This document shows positions 15,672 to 26,478 of a DNA stretch of 42,439 nt, in pieces; position 1 is the first letter of the stretch, and every line of letters begins with the position of its first letter. A model generated the notes under the pieces. It had not been told where the DNA came from. It was given only the letters and a program-made list of their open reading frames with translations, and searched no databases. Origin of the DNA: an uncultured Phycisphaerales bacterium (GTDB lineage: Bacteria; Planctomycetota; Phycisphaerae; Phycisphaerales; SM1A02); contig CALKEP010000039.1 of assembly GCA_938084645.1 (NCBI GenBank), forward strand, positions 1-42,439, in the 5' to 3' direction. The translations under genes and the position numbers were made by a program.

Positions 15672-18116
15672 TCACGGCGTGGCGGGAACCGACTTCACGC
15701 GCCAGATCCGGTCCGCATACTCCTGAATGGCCCGGTCGCTCGAGAAGCGGCCGCCGCGTGCGGTGTTCAGAACCGCGGAACGCCACCACTGATCCGGCGT
15801 GCCGAATCGATCCGCGGCGTGCTGCTGCGCGTCGATGTAGCCCTGCAGATCCGCGAGGTGACGCCATCGGTCGCCCTCCTCGATCAGCATCGTGCGGAGC
15901 CGGCCGAAGACCAAGGGGTCCTTCCAGGCAAACTCCTCGCCCAGCAGGAAGTCCACGGCATTTCGAACCATCGGTTCGTGGTCGAGGTGCCAACGCGGGT
16001 CGTACCAGGACTCGCTGGCCTCGACCTCGTCGGCTCGGAGCCCGAACAGGAACATGTGATCGGTTCCCACCTCTTCGGAGATCTCCACGTTCGCACCGTC
16101 GAGGGTGCCGATGGTGAGCGCTCCGTTGAGGCAGAACTTCATGTTGCCGGTTCCGCTCGCCTCGGTGCCCGCGAGCGAGATCTGCTCGGAGAGATCCGCC
16201 GCGGGAATGATGGTCTCGGCGAGATTCACCCCGTAGTCGGGAATGAACACCACTCGAAGCCGCTCGGATATCACGGGATCGGCGTTGACCACATCGGCCA
16301 CGCTGGTGATGGCCTTGATGATGTCCTTCGCTCGCTCGTAGCCGGGGGCGGCCTTGCCCGCGAAGATCACCACCCGCGGCTGCGGGAGGAATCCGGGGTC
16401 CGCCTTCATCCGCTGATAGAGCGACGCGACGTGAAGCAGGTTCAGGAACTGACGCTTGTACTCGTGGATCCGCTTGACCTGGACGTCGAACAACGCGGTG
16501 GGATCGACGTCGATCCGCAGATTCGATCCGATCCAGTCCGCCATGCGTCGCTTGGCGACGAGCTTGGTCTCCGCGAAGGCGTTCCGGAAGCCGGGGTCCT
16601 CGGCGTGCGGCTCAAGGCGCTTCAGTTCCGAAAGATCGGTGATCCAACCATCGCCGATGGTGTCGACGAGGAGGTCGGACAACTGCGGATTGGCCTGATG
16701 CAGCCAGCGTCGCGGCGTCACGCCGTTGGTGATTCCCTTGAAGCGATCGGGGAAGACCGTCGCGAAGTGGGGCATGAGCCGCTCCTTGATGAGCTCCCCA
16801 TGCATCTGGGACACGCCGTTGACGGAGTGCGAACCGATCACCGCGAGATTCGCCATGCGGACCTGCTTGGGCTCACCCTCCTCCACGATGCTCGCGGCCT
16901 CCACGCCGCCCGGAACCTGCACGAGCCGCCGGCCCGCCCCTTCGATGAACCGGCGGTTCACCTCGAGGATGATCGCGAGATGCCGAGGCATGAGCTTCTC
17001 CATCAGCGGCATCGGCCACTTCTCGAGCGCTTCGGGCATCAGGGTGTGGTTCGTGTAGGCCACGGTGCCGACCGTGGTCTCCCACGCTTCGTCCCATCCG
17101 AGTCCGTGCTGATCCATGAGGACCCGCATCAGTTCCGCGATGGCGAGCGAGGGGTGCGTGTCGTTGATGTGGAGCGCGACCTGTTCCGGGAGACGGGTGA
17201 CGTCGTCGTGATCGAACAGGAACCGCCGCATGATGTCGGCGACCGAGCAGCAGACGAAGAAGAACTCCTGGCGGAGTCGCAGTTCCTTGCCGGCCGCGGT
17301 CCGGTCGTCGGGGTACAACAGTTTCGTCAGGCGTTCGGCCTCGATGCGACGGGAGACCGCCGCCTCGTAGTCGCCACTGGCGATCTCCGAGAGGTCGATC
17401 GCGTCCGGTGCGACCGCGGACCAGCAACGGATCGTGTGGACCGTCTCGCCGCCCCAGCCCGCGACGGGATAGTCGTGGGGAACCCCGATGACCCGCTCCC
17501 GCCCGCCGTGGGCGAGGTCGCCGAACTGGACCTGCTGTCGAAGGTCGCTTCGTCGCACCATCCACGGATCGCCGAAGCGAAGCCAGTTGTCGGGGCGCTC
17601 CACCTGATAGCCGTCGCGGACCTCCTGCTTGAAGATCCCGTACTCGTATCGAAGCGTGTAACCGACCGAGGGAATGGCCATCGACGTCATCGAATCGAGG
17701 AAGCAGGCGGCAAGTCGACCGAGGCCGCCGTTGCCGAGTCCCGCGTCGTGCTCGTGACTCTCGAGCGTCTCGAGGGCGATCCCGTACTTCTCGAGCGCTT
17801 CGCGAACCCGCGACTCGAGCTTCAGGTTGAGGATGTTGTTTCGCATGGCCCGACCGAGCAGGAACTCGATCGAAAGGAAGCAGACCCGCTTCGACCGCTC
17901 CTGGCGATAGCGATCCCGGGTGTCCAACCAGCACTTCATGAGGACTTCACGGACCTCGCTGGCGAGCGCGAAGAAGCGGTCCCGGTCGGGCGCTTCATAG
18001 AGCCGCTGCGCACTCTCCACCGCGAGGTGTTCGAGCATGCCTTCCGCGATGTGGTCCGCGGAGACGTCGGTGGGATCCTGATGAAGCGGCTGCTGGGGTC
18101 CGGTCGGGCGGGTCAT
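15672..18116 (-). CDS. glgP: Glycogen/starch/alpha-glucan phosphorylase
   Basis: GLGNGGLGRLAACFLDS, LYPDD...GKELRLRQE, INDTHP, YTNHT, NGVTPRRW, KRIHEYKRQ and the PLP-site EASGTGNMK. An alternative GTG is at 18134. Confidence 0.97.
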   Translation of the reverse strand: MTRPTGPQQPLHQDPTDVSADHIAEGMLEHLAVESAQRLYEAPDRDRFFALASEVREVLMKCWLDTRDRYRQERSKRVCFLSIEFLLGRAMRNNILNLKLESRVREALEKYGIALETLESHEHDAGLGNGGLGRLAACFLDSMTSMAIPSVGYTLRYEYGIFKQEVRDGYQVERPDNWLRFGDPWMVRRSDLRQQVQFGDLAHGGRERVIGVPHDYPVAGWGGETVHTIRCWSAVAPDAIDLSEIASGDYEAAVSRRIEAERLTKLLYPDDRTAAGKELRLRQEFFFVCCSVADIMRRFLFDHDDVTRLPEQVALHINDTHPSLAIAELMRVLMDQHGLGWDEAWETTVGTVAYTNHTLMPEALEKWPMPLMEKLMPRHLAIILEVNRRFIEGAGRRLVQVPGGVEAASIVEEGEPKQVRMANLAVIGSHSVNGVSQMHGELIKERLMPHFATVFPDRFKGITNGVTPRRWLHQANPQLSDLLVDTIGDGWITDLSELKRLEPHAEDPGFRNAFAETKLVAKRRMADWIGSNLRIDVDPTALFDVQVKRIHEYKRQFLNLLHVASLYQRMKADPGFLPQPRVVIFAGKAAPGYERAKDIIKAITSVADVVNADPVISERLRVVFIPDYGVNLAETIIPAADLSEQISLAGTEASGTGNMKFCLNGALTIGTLDGANVEISEEVGTDHMFLFGLRADEVEASESWYDPRWHLDHEPMVRNAVDFLLGEEFAWKDPLVFGRLRTMLIEEGDRWRHLADLQGYIDAQQHAADRFGTPDQWWRSAVLNTARGGRFSSDRAIQEYADRIWRVKSVPATP

Positions 18117-18328
18117 GCGGGTGTGTCCTGTCACTGGAATCGAAGACTGCGGAGCCGGCGAACGCGAGCCGGATCCCCCTCGCAGCCCCCGGGAAAGGAG
18201 GCCACGCTCATCCTAGATCGGCCGATCGAAGGCCTCCACGGCAGTGGAAATCAGGGATGAAAACCGGACAATCACCTCGGAAGTCGATACGGTTCGTCGA
18301 GACCCGCGATCCTGAAGGAATCCCCTCA

Positions 18329-19909
18329 ATGCCGCACGCCACCCGTCTTTCGCTCATGCTCCTGCTCGGCGTGTCCACCTCGCCGCTGGTCGGAGATCCG
18401 CAGGATTCGCCCCCCACCGGCGCCGAATCGGACTCCAGGCCGAACATCCTCTTCATCATGAGCGACGATCACGCCTGGCAGGCGATCAGCGCCTACGGGC
18501 GTCCCGACGGGACCCGGGTGAACCAGACCCCTTCGATCGATCGGATCGCGTCGGAAGGGATGCGTTTCGACCGGTTCTTCGTCGAGAACTCGATCTGCGC
18601 CCCGAGCCGAGCGGCCTTTCTGACCGGGTGCTTCTCGACCCGGCACGGGGTGCCGACCAATGCCGAGGTCTTCGACGGCACGCAGCCGACCTGGCCCGCG
18701 ATGCTCCGGGATTCCGGCTATCGCACCGGCGTCTTCGGCAAGTGGCATCTCAAGAGCGACCCGGTGGGGTTCGACGACTGGAAGGTCCTGATCGGCCAGG
18801 GGCCGTACTACAACCCACCGATGATCACGCCGAAGGGTCGGGTGAGAATCCCCGGGTACACCACGGACCTGATCACCGATCAGGGCGTCGATGCGCTGCG
18901 ACGCTTCTCCGCGGGCCGGGAGGAGGACGGCCGGCCGTTCGCCCTCATCGTCCAGCACAAGGCGCCGCATCGACGCTGGGATCCGAACCCCCGGCACTTC
19001 CGTCTCTACGAGGACGTCATCGTTCCCGAGCCCGACACGCTCCTCGACGACTACGCGGGAAGAAGTCCCGCGAGCACGCTGCAGACGATGACCATCGCGC
19101 GGCATCTCGATTCACGGGATCTGAAGCTGATCCCGCCGCCGGAACTCGACGAGACCCAGCTGCTGGCGTGGAACGCCTACTACGACGACGTGAACGCGAC
19201 GTACAAGGCGGCGGTCGAATCGGGCGAACTCGCGGGCGACGATCTCACCCGCGCGAAATACCAGCGGTACGTCAAGGACTATCTCGAGTGCGTCGCCGCC
19301 GTCGACGAGGGCGTCGGCCGGATCCTCGACGAGCTGGACGACCTCGGCATCGCGGACGACACGGTGGTCATCTACACCAGCGACCAGGGCTGGTATCTCG
19401 GGGAGCACGGCTGGTACGACAAGCGATGGATGTACGAGGAGAGTTTCCGAACCCCGTTCATCGTCCGCTGGCCGAACCGGATCGAGGGCGGCGTCGCCAG
19501 CGATCTCATGGCCCAGAACATCGACCTCGCCCCCACCCTCCTTGATCTCGCGGGGATCGAGGCGCCGCCGCGGATGCACGGCGAGAGCTTCGCGGCCCAC
19601 CTCCGCTCCGGCGGCCGGGAGACGCCCGAGGACTGGCGGGACGCCGTGTACTACCGCTACTACGAGAGCAACGGGCCGCACACCGTGCCCAAGCACGACG
19701 GGATCCGCACCGACCGCTGGAAGCTCATTCGGTTTCCCGAAGTCGATCCGGACGGGGATGGGCCGGCGGGCCCGGGCTGCTGGGAGCTCTACGACCTCGA
19801 CGCCGACCCCGACGAGCTGAAGAGTCTTGCCGACGACCCCGCCCACGCGGCGATCAAGGCGGGACTCGAAGCCCGCCTCGAGGCGCTTCGTCTTCAGTAC
19901 GACGCCTGA
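18329..19909 (+). CDS. Exported sulfatase (formylglycine-dependent, Cys-type)
   Basis: Signal peptide, RPNILFIMSDDH, NSICAPSRAAFLTG (CxPxR), GKWHL, HKAPHR, YTSDQG and DKRWMYEES; GAAGGA RBS. Confidence 0.95.
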   Translation: MPHATRLSLMLLLGVSTSPLVGDPQDSPPTGAESDSRPNILFIMSDDHAWQAISAYGRPDGTRVNQTPSIDRIASEGMRFDRFFVENSICAPSRAAFLTGCFSTRHGVPTNAEVFDGTQPTWPAMLRDSGYRTGVFGKWHLKSDPVGFDDWKVLIGQGPYYNPPMITPKGRVRIPGYTTDLITDQGVDALRRFSAGREEDGRPFALIVQHKAPHRRWDPNPRHFRLYEDVIVPEPDTLLDDYAGRSPASTLQTMTIARHLDSRDLKLIPPPELDETQLLAWNAYYDDVNATYKAAVESGELAGDDLTRAKYQRYVKDYLECVAAVDEGVGRILDELDDLGIADDTVVIYTSDQGWYLGEHGWYDKRWMYEESFRTPFIVRWPNRIEGGVASDLMAQNIDLAPTLLDLAGIEAPPRMHGESFAAHLRSGGRETPEDWRDAVYYRYYESNGPHTVPKHDGIRTDRWKLIRFPEVDPDGDGPAGPGCWELYDLDADPDELKSLADDPAHAAIKAGLEARLEALRLQYDA

Positions 19910-19924
19910 GGCCCGGCGCCGGGT

Positions 19925-21406
19925 TCAGGACGCCCCGGCGGTCGACATGTAGTTGGGGGCTTCCCGCGTGATCGTGATGTCGTGCGGATGGCTCTCGACC
20001 ATGCTCGCCGCCGTCACCCGGACGAAGCGACTGTCGGCCCGGAACGATTCGAGCGTCGAACAACCGCAGTAGCCCATGGCGCTCTTGACCCCGCCCACCA
20101 GCTGGTAGACGAATTCCGAGAGCGGACCGCGATACGCGACCATGCCTTCGACGCCTTCGGGCACGAACTTCCGCGAGTCGGCCTGCCCGTAGCGATCCGC
20201 GCTGCCCGCGGACATCGCACCTTCGCTTCCCATCCCTCGATAGCTCTTGAATCGACGACCGGCGTGAAGCACCAGCTCCCCGGGGCTCTCGTCCATGCCG
20301 GCGAAGAGGCTTCCCAGCATCACCACGCTGGCTCCGGCCGCGATCGCCTTCGCGATGTCGCCCGACTGGCGGATCCCGCCGTCCGCGATCACCGGGACGC
20401 CCGCGGGCTCGCAGACCGAGACCGCGTTCCGGATCGCCGTGATCTGCGGGACACCGACGCCGGTGACGATTCGCGTGGTGCAGATCGAGCCCGGCCCGAT
20501 GCCGACCTTGACCGCATCCGCACCCGCGTCCATCAGGGCCTTCGCACCGTCCGCGGTCGCGATGTTGCCGGCGATCACGTCGATCCCGGGGTGGCTTCGC
20601 TTGATCTCCTCGACCGTCGCGACGACGTTTCGACTGTGCCCGTGCGCCGTGTCCACCACCACCACGTCGACCTCGGCGTCGATGAGGGCCTGGATCCGAT
20701 CGAACTGCAGCACCCCCGTGGCCGCACCCACCCGCAGCCGGCCTCGCTCGTCGCGGCAGGCCGCCGGATGCTTCCGGACGTTTTCGAGATCCCGCATGGT
20801 GATCAGGCCGTCGAGTCGCCCGGCCTCGTCGACGATCAGCAGCTTTTCGACCCGGGCTTCGTTCAACATCGCTTCGGCGGCCGCGGGATCGATCCCGGAG
20901 GAGGCGGTGACGAGGTTCTTCCGGGTCATCACGTCCTCGACCCGGCTCTCGCCGTAGCGGGACGGATCGAGGAACTTCATGTCGCGTCGGGTCAGGATGC
21001 CGATCACGCGTCCGTCGCGGGCACCGGTGTCGGTGACCGGAAAACCACTGACCCCCTGCTCCCGCATCAACTCGTTCGCACGATCCACGGTGTCGCCGGG
21101 CCCGAGGGTGACGGGATCGGTGATCACGCCGTTCTCGCTCCGCTTGACCTTCTGGACCTCCCGGGCCTGCTGCGAAGGCGTCAGATTCTTGTGGATGATC
21201 CCGAGCCCGCCCTCCTGGGCGAGGGCGATCGCGAGCGAGGACTCCGTCACGGTGTCCATCGGCGCCGAGATGAGCGGGATGTTGATGGTGATCCGTCGGG
21301 TCAGACGGGTGGACGGGTCGGCCGACTCCGGCGTGATCTCGCTGTACGCCGGGACCAGCAGCACGTCGTCGAAGGTGATCGCATCCTGAAGAATCTTCTG
21401 TTCCAT
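19925..21406 (-). CDS. guaB: IMP dehydrogenase
   Basis: [22 protein letters not shown] pair, [30 protein letters not shown] and VPEGVEG. Confidence 0.98.
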   Translation of the reverse strand: MEQKILQDAITFDDVLLVPAYSEITPESADPSTRLTRRITINIPLISAPMDTVTESSLAIALAQEGGLGIIHKNLTPSQQAREVQKVKRSENGVITDPVTLGPGDTVDRANELMREQGVSGFPVTDTGARDGRVIGILTRRDMKFLDPSRYGESRVEDVMTRKNLVTASSGIDPAAAEAMLNEARVEKLLIVDEAGRLDGLITMRDLENVRKHPAACRDERGRLRVGAATGVLQFDRIQALIDAEVDVVVVDTAHGHSRNVVATVEEIKRSHPGIDVIAGNIATADGAKALMDAGADAVKVGIGPGSICTTRIVTGVGVPQITAIRNAVSVCEPAGVPVIADGGIRQSGDIAKAIAAGASVVMLGSLFAGMDESPGELVLHAGRRFKSYRGMGSEGAMSAGSADRYGQADSRKFVPEGVEGMVAYRGPLSEFVYQLVGGVKSAMGYCGCSTLESFRADSRFVRVTAASMVESHPHDITITREAPNYMSTAGAS

Positions 21407-21824
21407 CTGCGGATGATCCCCGCGAGGTTCCCCTTCGTCAACCGACCGCGGTTCCGGGAATCGACCGTCTCCCGGCCGAGGGGTCTCGCACCCGGCCTGC
21501 GGAACCGGCCGGAGGCTCCATGGAACGCGGCCACGCGCTCCCGAATCCCGCCGCCGTCTGGTAGCATGTGCGACTCGGATCCGGCCGGTCGACGGTCGCT
21601 TCCATCGGCCTCCACGGAACGTCGTGGGATCTCCTTTTCGGCGGTCACGGTCGCGGAAGCGAGGAAAAACCGGAACTCCGAGAACCCGATGATCCTCGGA
21701 TCGTCCAACCAGCGTTCCCCCGGCGGCGACCGCCGATTCGATTCCATGAAGCTCGGGCCCGACCACGGGTGAACCCCACCCGAATCCGGACGCGGCACCG
21801 AGCCGGCAGCGCAAAGGACCAGAC

Positions 21825-22958
21825 TTGCACAGCGATACGCTCATCGCGGCTCCCATCGACCCCAGCCTCGGCACCACCAAGGGCGAGGGCCTCAAGGCCT
21901 GGAGGAAGTGGCTCGAAGCCTGCATCAAGTTCGAGGCGAGTGACCTCATCGTGAAGACCGGGCAGTCGCCCCGTCTCCGGGTCCGCGGCGAACTCAAGGG
22001 GATGCAGATCGAGGACCTCACCGTCGACCTGATGTTCCAGGTGGCCAAGGACGTCCTCGACGAGAACCAGTTCGAGTACTTCCGCAACCGGGGCTCCATC
22101 GACTTCGCGTACGACTTCGACGAACGTCGGAGATTCCGGGTCAACCTGTTCATGGCCCGCGGCAAGCCCGCGATCGCGGCCCGGCTGATCACCTCGGACA
22201 TCATGAGGTTCGAGGATCTCTACCTTCCGCCGATTCTCGGGGACGTCTCGATGACCGCCCAGGGCCTGATCCTCTTCTCCGGGGTCACGGGATCGGGCAA
22301 GTCGACTTCGATCGCATCGATGCTCCAGTACGTGAACGAGCGGAAGCGCGTCCACATCGTGACGATCGAGGATCCGATCGAGTACATCTTCAACGATGAC
22401 AAGGCGACGATCAATCAACGCGAGATCGGGATCGACTGCCTCAACTTCAACGACGCCCTTCGCGCCCTCGTCCGCGAGAACCCCGACGTGGTTCTGGTCG
22501 GCGAGATGCGGGACTACGAGACGTTCGAAGCGGCCATCCGGGCCGCCGAGACGGGCCACCTCGTCTTCGGGACCATCCACGCGTCGAGCGCGTGGCAGAC
22601 CTTCGGCCGAATCTACGACCTCTTCCCCGAGAACGAACGGGACCAGCTTCGGAAACTGCTCGCCTACAACCTGCGGGCGATCATCTACCAGAAGCTCCTG
22701 AAGACGCTCCACAAGGACATCGCCCGGATCCCGGCCCTCGAGATCCTGCTCAACACGCCCGCCGTCCAGAAGTACATCCTCGAAGCCCGCGAGGGCGAGC
22801 TCCTGCAGATCATCAAGCAGAGTCACGAGGAGGGGATGGTCGACTTCACGACATCCCTGGTCCGCCTCGTCGAGGAGGAGTACATCCACCAGGACGTCGC
22901 GCTCTCCGCGACACCGAAGCCCGAAGAACTCAAGATGCGTCTCAAGGGAATCTCCTGA
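21825..22958 (+). CDS. PilT/PilU family type IV pilus retraction ATPase
   Basis: ASDL, RFRVN, Walker A GVTGSGKST, Asp box TIEDPIE, QREIG, Walker B DVVLVGEMRD and His box GHLVFGTIH. TTG start with AAGGA upstream. Confidence 0.93.
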   Translation: MHSDTLIAAPIDPSLGTTKGEGLKAWRKWLEACIKFEASDLIVKTGQSPRLRVRGELKGMQIEDLTVDLMFQVAKDVLDENQFEYFRNRGSIDFAYDFDERRRFRVNLFMARGKPAIAARLITSDIMRFEDLYLPPILGDVSMTAQGLILFSGVTGSGKSTSIASMLQYVNERKRVHIVTIEDPIEYIFNDDKATINQREIGIDCLNFNDALRALVRENPDVVLVGEMRDYETFEAAIRAAETGHLVFGTIHASSAWQTFGRIYDLFPENERDQLRKLLAYNLRAIIYQKLLKTLHKDIARIPALEILLNTPAVQKYILEAREGELLQIIKQSHEEGMVDFTTSLVRLVEEEYIHQDVALSATPKPEELKMRLKGIS

Positions 22959-22986
22959 TCCCCGCATCCGGCCAACGCCCAAAGCC

Positions 22987-24708
22987 ATGGAAGAACCGAT
23001 GCTGACCTTCGCCGCGACCGCCTCCGCCATCAACCTGGTCGACTTCATCAAGCCGATCCTCATGCTGGTGGTGCTCGGCCTCTACCTCCGTGTCCTGGGC
23101 CAGATCTTCGAGAAGGATCTGCGGTACTTCAACCTGAAGGCCGGCCTCTGGAACTCGATCTTCGTGGCGACCGCCTGCCTCGCGATCGTCGCGGTCCTCG
23201 CGATCCCGATCTTCTGGGCCGGCCTGCCGGCGATGATCGTGATCCTGCTCGCGCCGATGCTCGCGTACTGGAAGTATCGCAACGACAACATCGTGGACGA
23301 GAGCCAGAAGTTCAGCCTCTCGGACATGTCGATGTCCGATCGAATGGCCGCCCGGCGATCCCGCAACGAACAGCGCTCCGCCGCCGCGGTGCTTTCCGGC
23401 CCCGGAGGCGATCTCCAGGTCCCGGGCGAGGAGGATCCGCTGAAGGCCGTGCACATGGCGATGGAGGACCTTCTCCTGCCGGCCATCGACGCCCGCGCGT
23501 CGCGGCTCGAGATCGCCCTCACCAAGAACGGCGGCGCCGCCTCGCAGATCGTCGACAGCGTGCGGTACAAGCGGGAACCGATTCCGACCGAGACCGCCAA
23601 GAGCGTGATCGACTACCTCAAGAAGGCCGCCGGACTCGCCGTCGAGGAGAACCGCAAGCTGCAACGGGGCGAGCTCGGCATCCGGATCCGGAACGCCACC
23701 AAGAGCACCAACCTCCACCTGACGACCAGCGGTGGGTCGCAGGGCATCCTGTTCCGACTCGACTTCAATCGCGACCAGCAGCTCGATCGGGACTTCGAAG
23801 GCCTCGGTTTCGAGCCCGAACAGCTCGAACTCCTCGCCCCGTCCGCCACCGTCGAGGGCCAGCACGGCGTCATCCTCGTGGGTACCGCGCCAGGCCAGGG
23901 CCAGACCTCGACGCTCTACGGCCTCCTGCAGCGGCACGATGCCTACACGTCCAACATCAAGACGCTGGAGCGCGACGTCCAACGGGGCATCGAAGGGGTC
24001 GACCACCTCGCGTTCGACGCCGCGACGTCCGAAGAGGACTTCCCCACCGTGCTCCGTTCGATCCTGCGTCGCGGCCCGGACATCGTGATGGTCAGCGACC
24101 TCAAGGACCCCGCGACCGCCGTCCAGGCCTCGCTTCCCGGTCGGGACGGCCCGCTCATCTACGTCGGCGTCTCCTCGAAGGACGGCGTACGCGGCGTGGT
24201 TTCGGACTGGCTTCGCGCCGCCGCCGATCCGAAGGACGGCGAGGCCATGAAGAAGGCCATCGCCCCGCTTCTCAACGCGATCACCTGCCGAGTCATGCGT
24301 CGCCTCTGCACCAACTGCCGGACGCCGTTCAGCCCGAACGGGGAACAGGCGAAGAAGCTCGGGATCAAGGATCCCGCCAACGTGCAGCTCTACCGGCAGA
24401 GCGGTCGAATCCAGGTGAAGAACAAGATCGAGGAATGCCCCACGTGCGGCGGCACCGGATTCCTCGGCACGACCGCCGCCTTCGAGGTGATGCCGATCGA
24501 CCGGGAGGGGCGAAAGCTCCTTCTCGCCGGCGACTTCAAGGGCGCCTACACCCATGCCCGCCGCACGCTCGGCATGATGATGCTGCAGGAAGCCGCGCTG
24601 CGAAAGGTCGCCCGCGGCGAGACCAGCCTCGAGGAGGTGGGCCGCGTGCTCTCCTCCGAGAAACCCAAGGCTTCCAAGAGCCGACCCGCCACGAGCTCGA
24701 CCGGCTGA
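22987..24708 (+). CDS. PilB/GspE-family ATPase-like protein with N-terminal TM helices and degenerate catalytic motifs
   Basis: About 3 N-terminal TM helices; RASRL, GVILVGTAPGQGQTSTLY, LRSILRRGPDIVMVSDL, tetracysteine RRLCTNC...CPTCGGTGFLG and C-terminal GETSLEEV.RV. Confidence 0.85.
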   Translation: MEEPMLTFAATASAINLVDFIKPILMLVVLGLYLRVLGQIFEKDLRYFNLKAGLWNSIFVATACLAIVAVLAIPIFWAGLPAMIVILLAPMLAYWKYRNDNIVDESQKFSLSDMSMSDRMAARRSRNEQRSAAAVLSGPGGDLQVPGEEDPLKAVHMAMEDLLLPAIDARASRLEIALTKNGGAASQIVDSVRYKREPIPTETAKSVIDYLKKAAGLAVEENRKLQRGELGIRIRNATKSTNLHLTTSGGSQGILFRLDFNRDQQLDRDFEGLGFEPEQLELLAPSATVEGQHGVILVGTAPGQGQTSTLYGLLQRHDAYTSNIKTLERDVQRGIEGVDHLAFDAATSEEDFPTVLRSILRRGPDIVMVSDLKDPATAVQASLPGRDGPLIYVGVSSKDGVRGVVSDWLRAAADPKDGEAMKKAIAPLLNAITCRVMRRLCTNCRTPFSPNGEQAKKLGIKDPANVQLYRQSGRIQVKNKIEECPTCGGTGFLGTTAAFEVMPIDREGRKLLLAGDFKGAYTHARRTLGMMMLQEAALRKVARGETSLEEVGRVLSSEKPKASKSRPATSSTG

Positions 24709-24766
24709 CCCGACCGACGAGCCTCCTCCTTCGATTCGACGTCCTTCCGACCCAGGACCGCCTTCC

Positions 24767-26344
24767 ATGATCATCAACGCCCTCGCCGTTCTCTTCTGCC
24801 TCCTCGCGATCTACTGGTTCGCGTTCAAGGAAGGCTTCTTCAGCGGCGTCGTCCACTTCGCCTGCGTGCTGGTCAGCGGCGCCCTCGCCTTCGCCTTCTG
24901 GGAGCCGCTCGCCCTCGCGATGCTCGGCTCGGGAATGCGGGAATGGGCCTGGGGCCTGTCGCTCCTCGCGCTGTTCAGCGTCTTCCTGTTCGTCCTGCGG
25001 GTCATCGGCAACCTCGCGATTCCGGAGAAGGTGAACGTTCCCAACGTCGTCGACATCGTCGGCGGTGGCGCGGTTGGTGCCGGATCGGGCATCATCACCG
25101 TCGGGATCCTGATGCTCGGCGTCGGCTTCCTGCCGGTGGGCACCCTCGGCGGCAAGCTCGGCCTCGTCCGTGACGGTGCCGGCCAACCGACCCGACAGGG
25201 CACGCTGGTCCCGTTCGCCTCGATGACGGAGGCCTTCTACGCCGGCGTGAGCCGTGGTGCCTTCGCACCGATGACCAATTCCGGCAACCTGGCGGATTCC
25301 TACCCCGCCCTGGCCGACCAGGCCTGGTCGCTGCAGCGTGACACGGACGAAAAGGGTCGGATCGAACTCACCGCGGCCCCGGCCGACCTGAAGGTCGGCA
25401 CCCCCTACTTCGGGAGCTATGGCCCCGGCGGCGGGGAGTACTACGTGGTTCCGGTGACGGTGGCCAAGACCGGCTTCCACCGAGGTGCGAGCTTCGTGCT
25501 TTCCGCCAGCCAGGCCAGACTCATCGGCGCTCCGGCCCGCAGCCAGACCGCGAAGTCCGCCTTCCCCACCGCCTGGCGAGAAGGCGGGAAGCTCTACCTC
25601 TTCGACGGCTCGACGAACTACGTCACCAACCTGCCCGGGACCCAGGAGGTCCAGATGCAGCTCGCCTTCCCCGCCGCGGACCTCGGTGGGCAGCAGCCGG
25701 CCTCGCTCCTCTTCAAGGGGCTTCGAATCCCGCTCGCCGCGGCATCGACGGATCTCGCGACGCTTCAGGAGTCGGGCGGTGGAGCCACCGTCGCCTACGA
25801 CGAGTCCGCTCCGCGAGTGCCCGCGCCGTACATCGAGATGGGGAACCAGCTCGGCGTCATCCTCAACAAGAACGACGCCCCCAGCGGGATGGAGACCGAC
25901 TCGGGCGCCATCACGCTGGCGGACGGCGTGGACATCCCCGCGTTCACCAAGGGCAACCCCAACCGGAGCCTTCGGGTCGAGCGGATCTACGAACTGCCGG
26001 GCACCAAGCTGGTCCGCGTGGACGTGAGCCGCGGCCGCAGTCCGATCGACATCTGGGGCGACGTCCGCGTGAACGCCGGCGAGGATGCGAAACTGGTCCT
26101 CGTCGACTCGCAGGGCAACACCTTCGATGCCATCGGGTGGCTCCATCGGAAGGAATCGGATCGACTCATCAACGTCCGGGTGGACGACCGGAACGGCGTC
26201 GACTCGATCGGCGACGTCCCGATGCTGAGTTCGGCGGGCAAGGACAACCTGATCCTGCTCTTCCGAATCCCCAAGGGCCGCGAGGTCAAGGCCCTGAAGC
26301 TCGGCGACAAGACCATCCTGACCACCGATCTCACGATCAACTGA
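24767..26344 (+). CDS. CvpA (colicin V production)-like membrane domain with a large soluble C-terminal extension
   Basis: N-terminal 4-TM block with EGFFSG, ALAFAFWEPLA and DIVGGGAVGA..G, followed by about 390 aa of beta-rich soluble sequence. Confidence 0.75.
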   Translation: MIINALAVLFCLLAIYWFAFKEGFFSGVVHFACVLVSGALAFAFWEPLALAMLGSGMREWAWGLSLLALFSVFLFVLRVIGNLAIPEKVNVPNVVDIVGGGAVGAGSGIITVGILMLGVGFLPVGTLGGKLGLVRDGAGQPTRQGTLVPFASMTEAFYAGVSRGAFAPMTNSGNLADSYPALADQAWSLQRDTDEKGRIELTAAPADLKVGTPYFGSYGPGGGEYYVVPVTVAKTGFHRGASFVLSASQARLIGAPARSQTAKSAFPTAWREGGKLYLFDGSTNYVTNLPGTQEVQMQLAFPAADLGGQQPASLLFKGLRIPLAAASTDLATLQESGGGATVAYDESAPRVPAPYIEMGNQLGVILNKNDAPSGMETDSGAITLADGVDIPAFTKGNPNRSLRVERIYELPGTKLVRVDVSRGRSPIDIWGDVRVNAGEDAKLVLVDSQGNTFDAIGWLHRKESDRLINVRVDDRNGVDSIGDVPMLSSAGKDNLILLFRIPKGREVKALKLGDKTILTTDLTIN

Positions 26345-26400
26345 TCGACGGCTCGGATCACGGGCCGTATCGCCCGAGAACCCCAACACCGCCAGAACGA

Positions 26401-26440
26401 CACCAGCCGAGGCTCGCCGCCTCGGCTGGTGCATTCTTTC
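26401..26440 (+). terminator. Intrinsic terminator-like hairpin between the convergent CvpA-like gene and accC
   Basis: Perfect 13-bp stem CACCAGCCGAGGC / GCCTCGGCTGGTG with a 5-nt loop, followed by CATTCTTTC. Confidence 0.7.
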
Positions 26441-26478
26441 AACGGGTGTGAGAGCGGCAACGGGTGTACGAGCGACGC

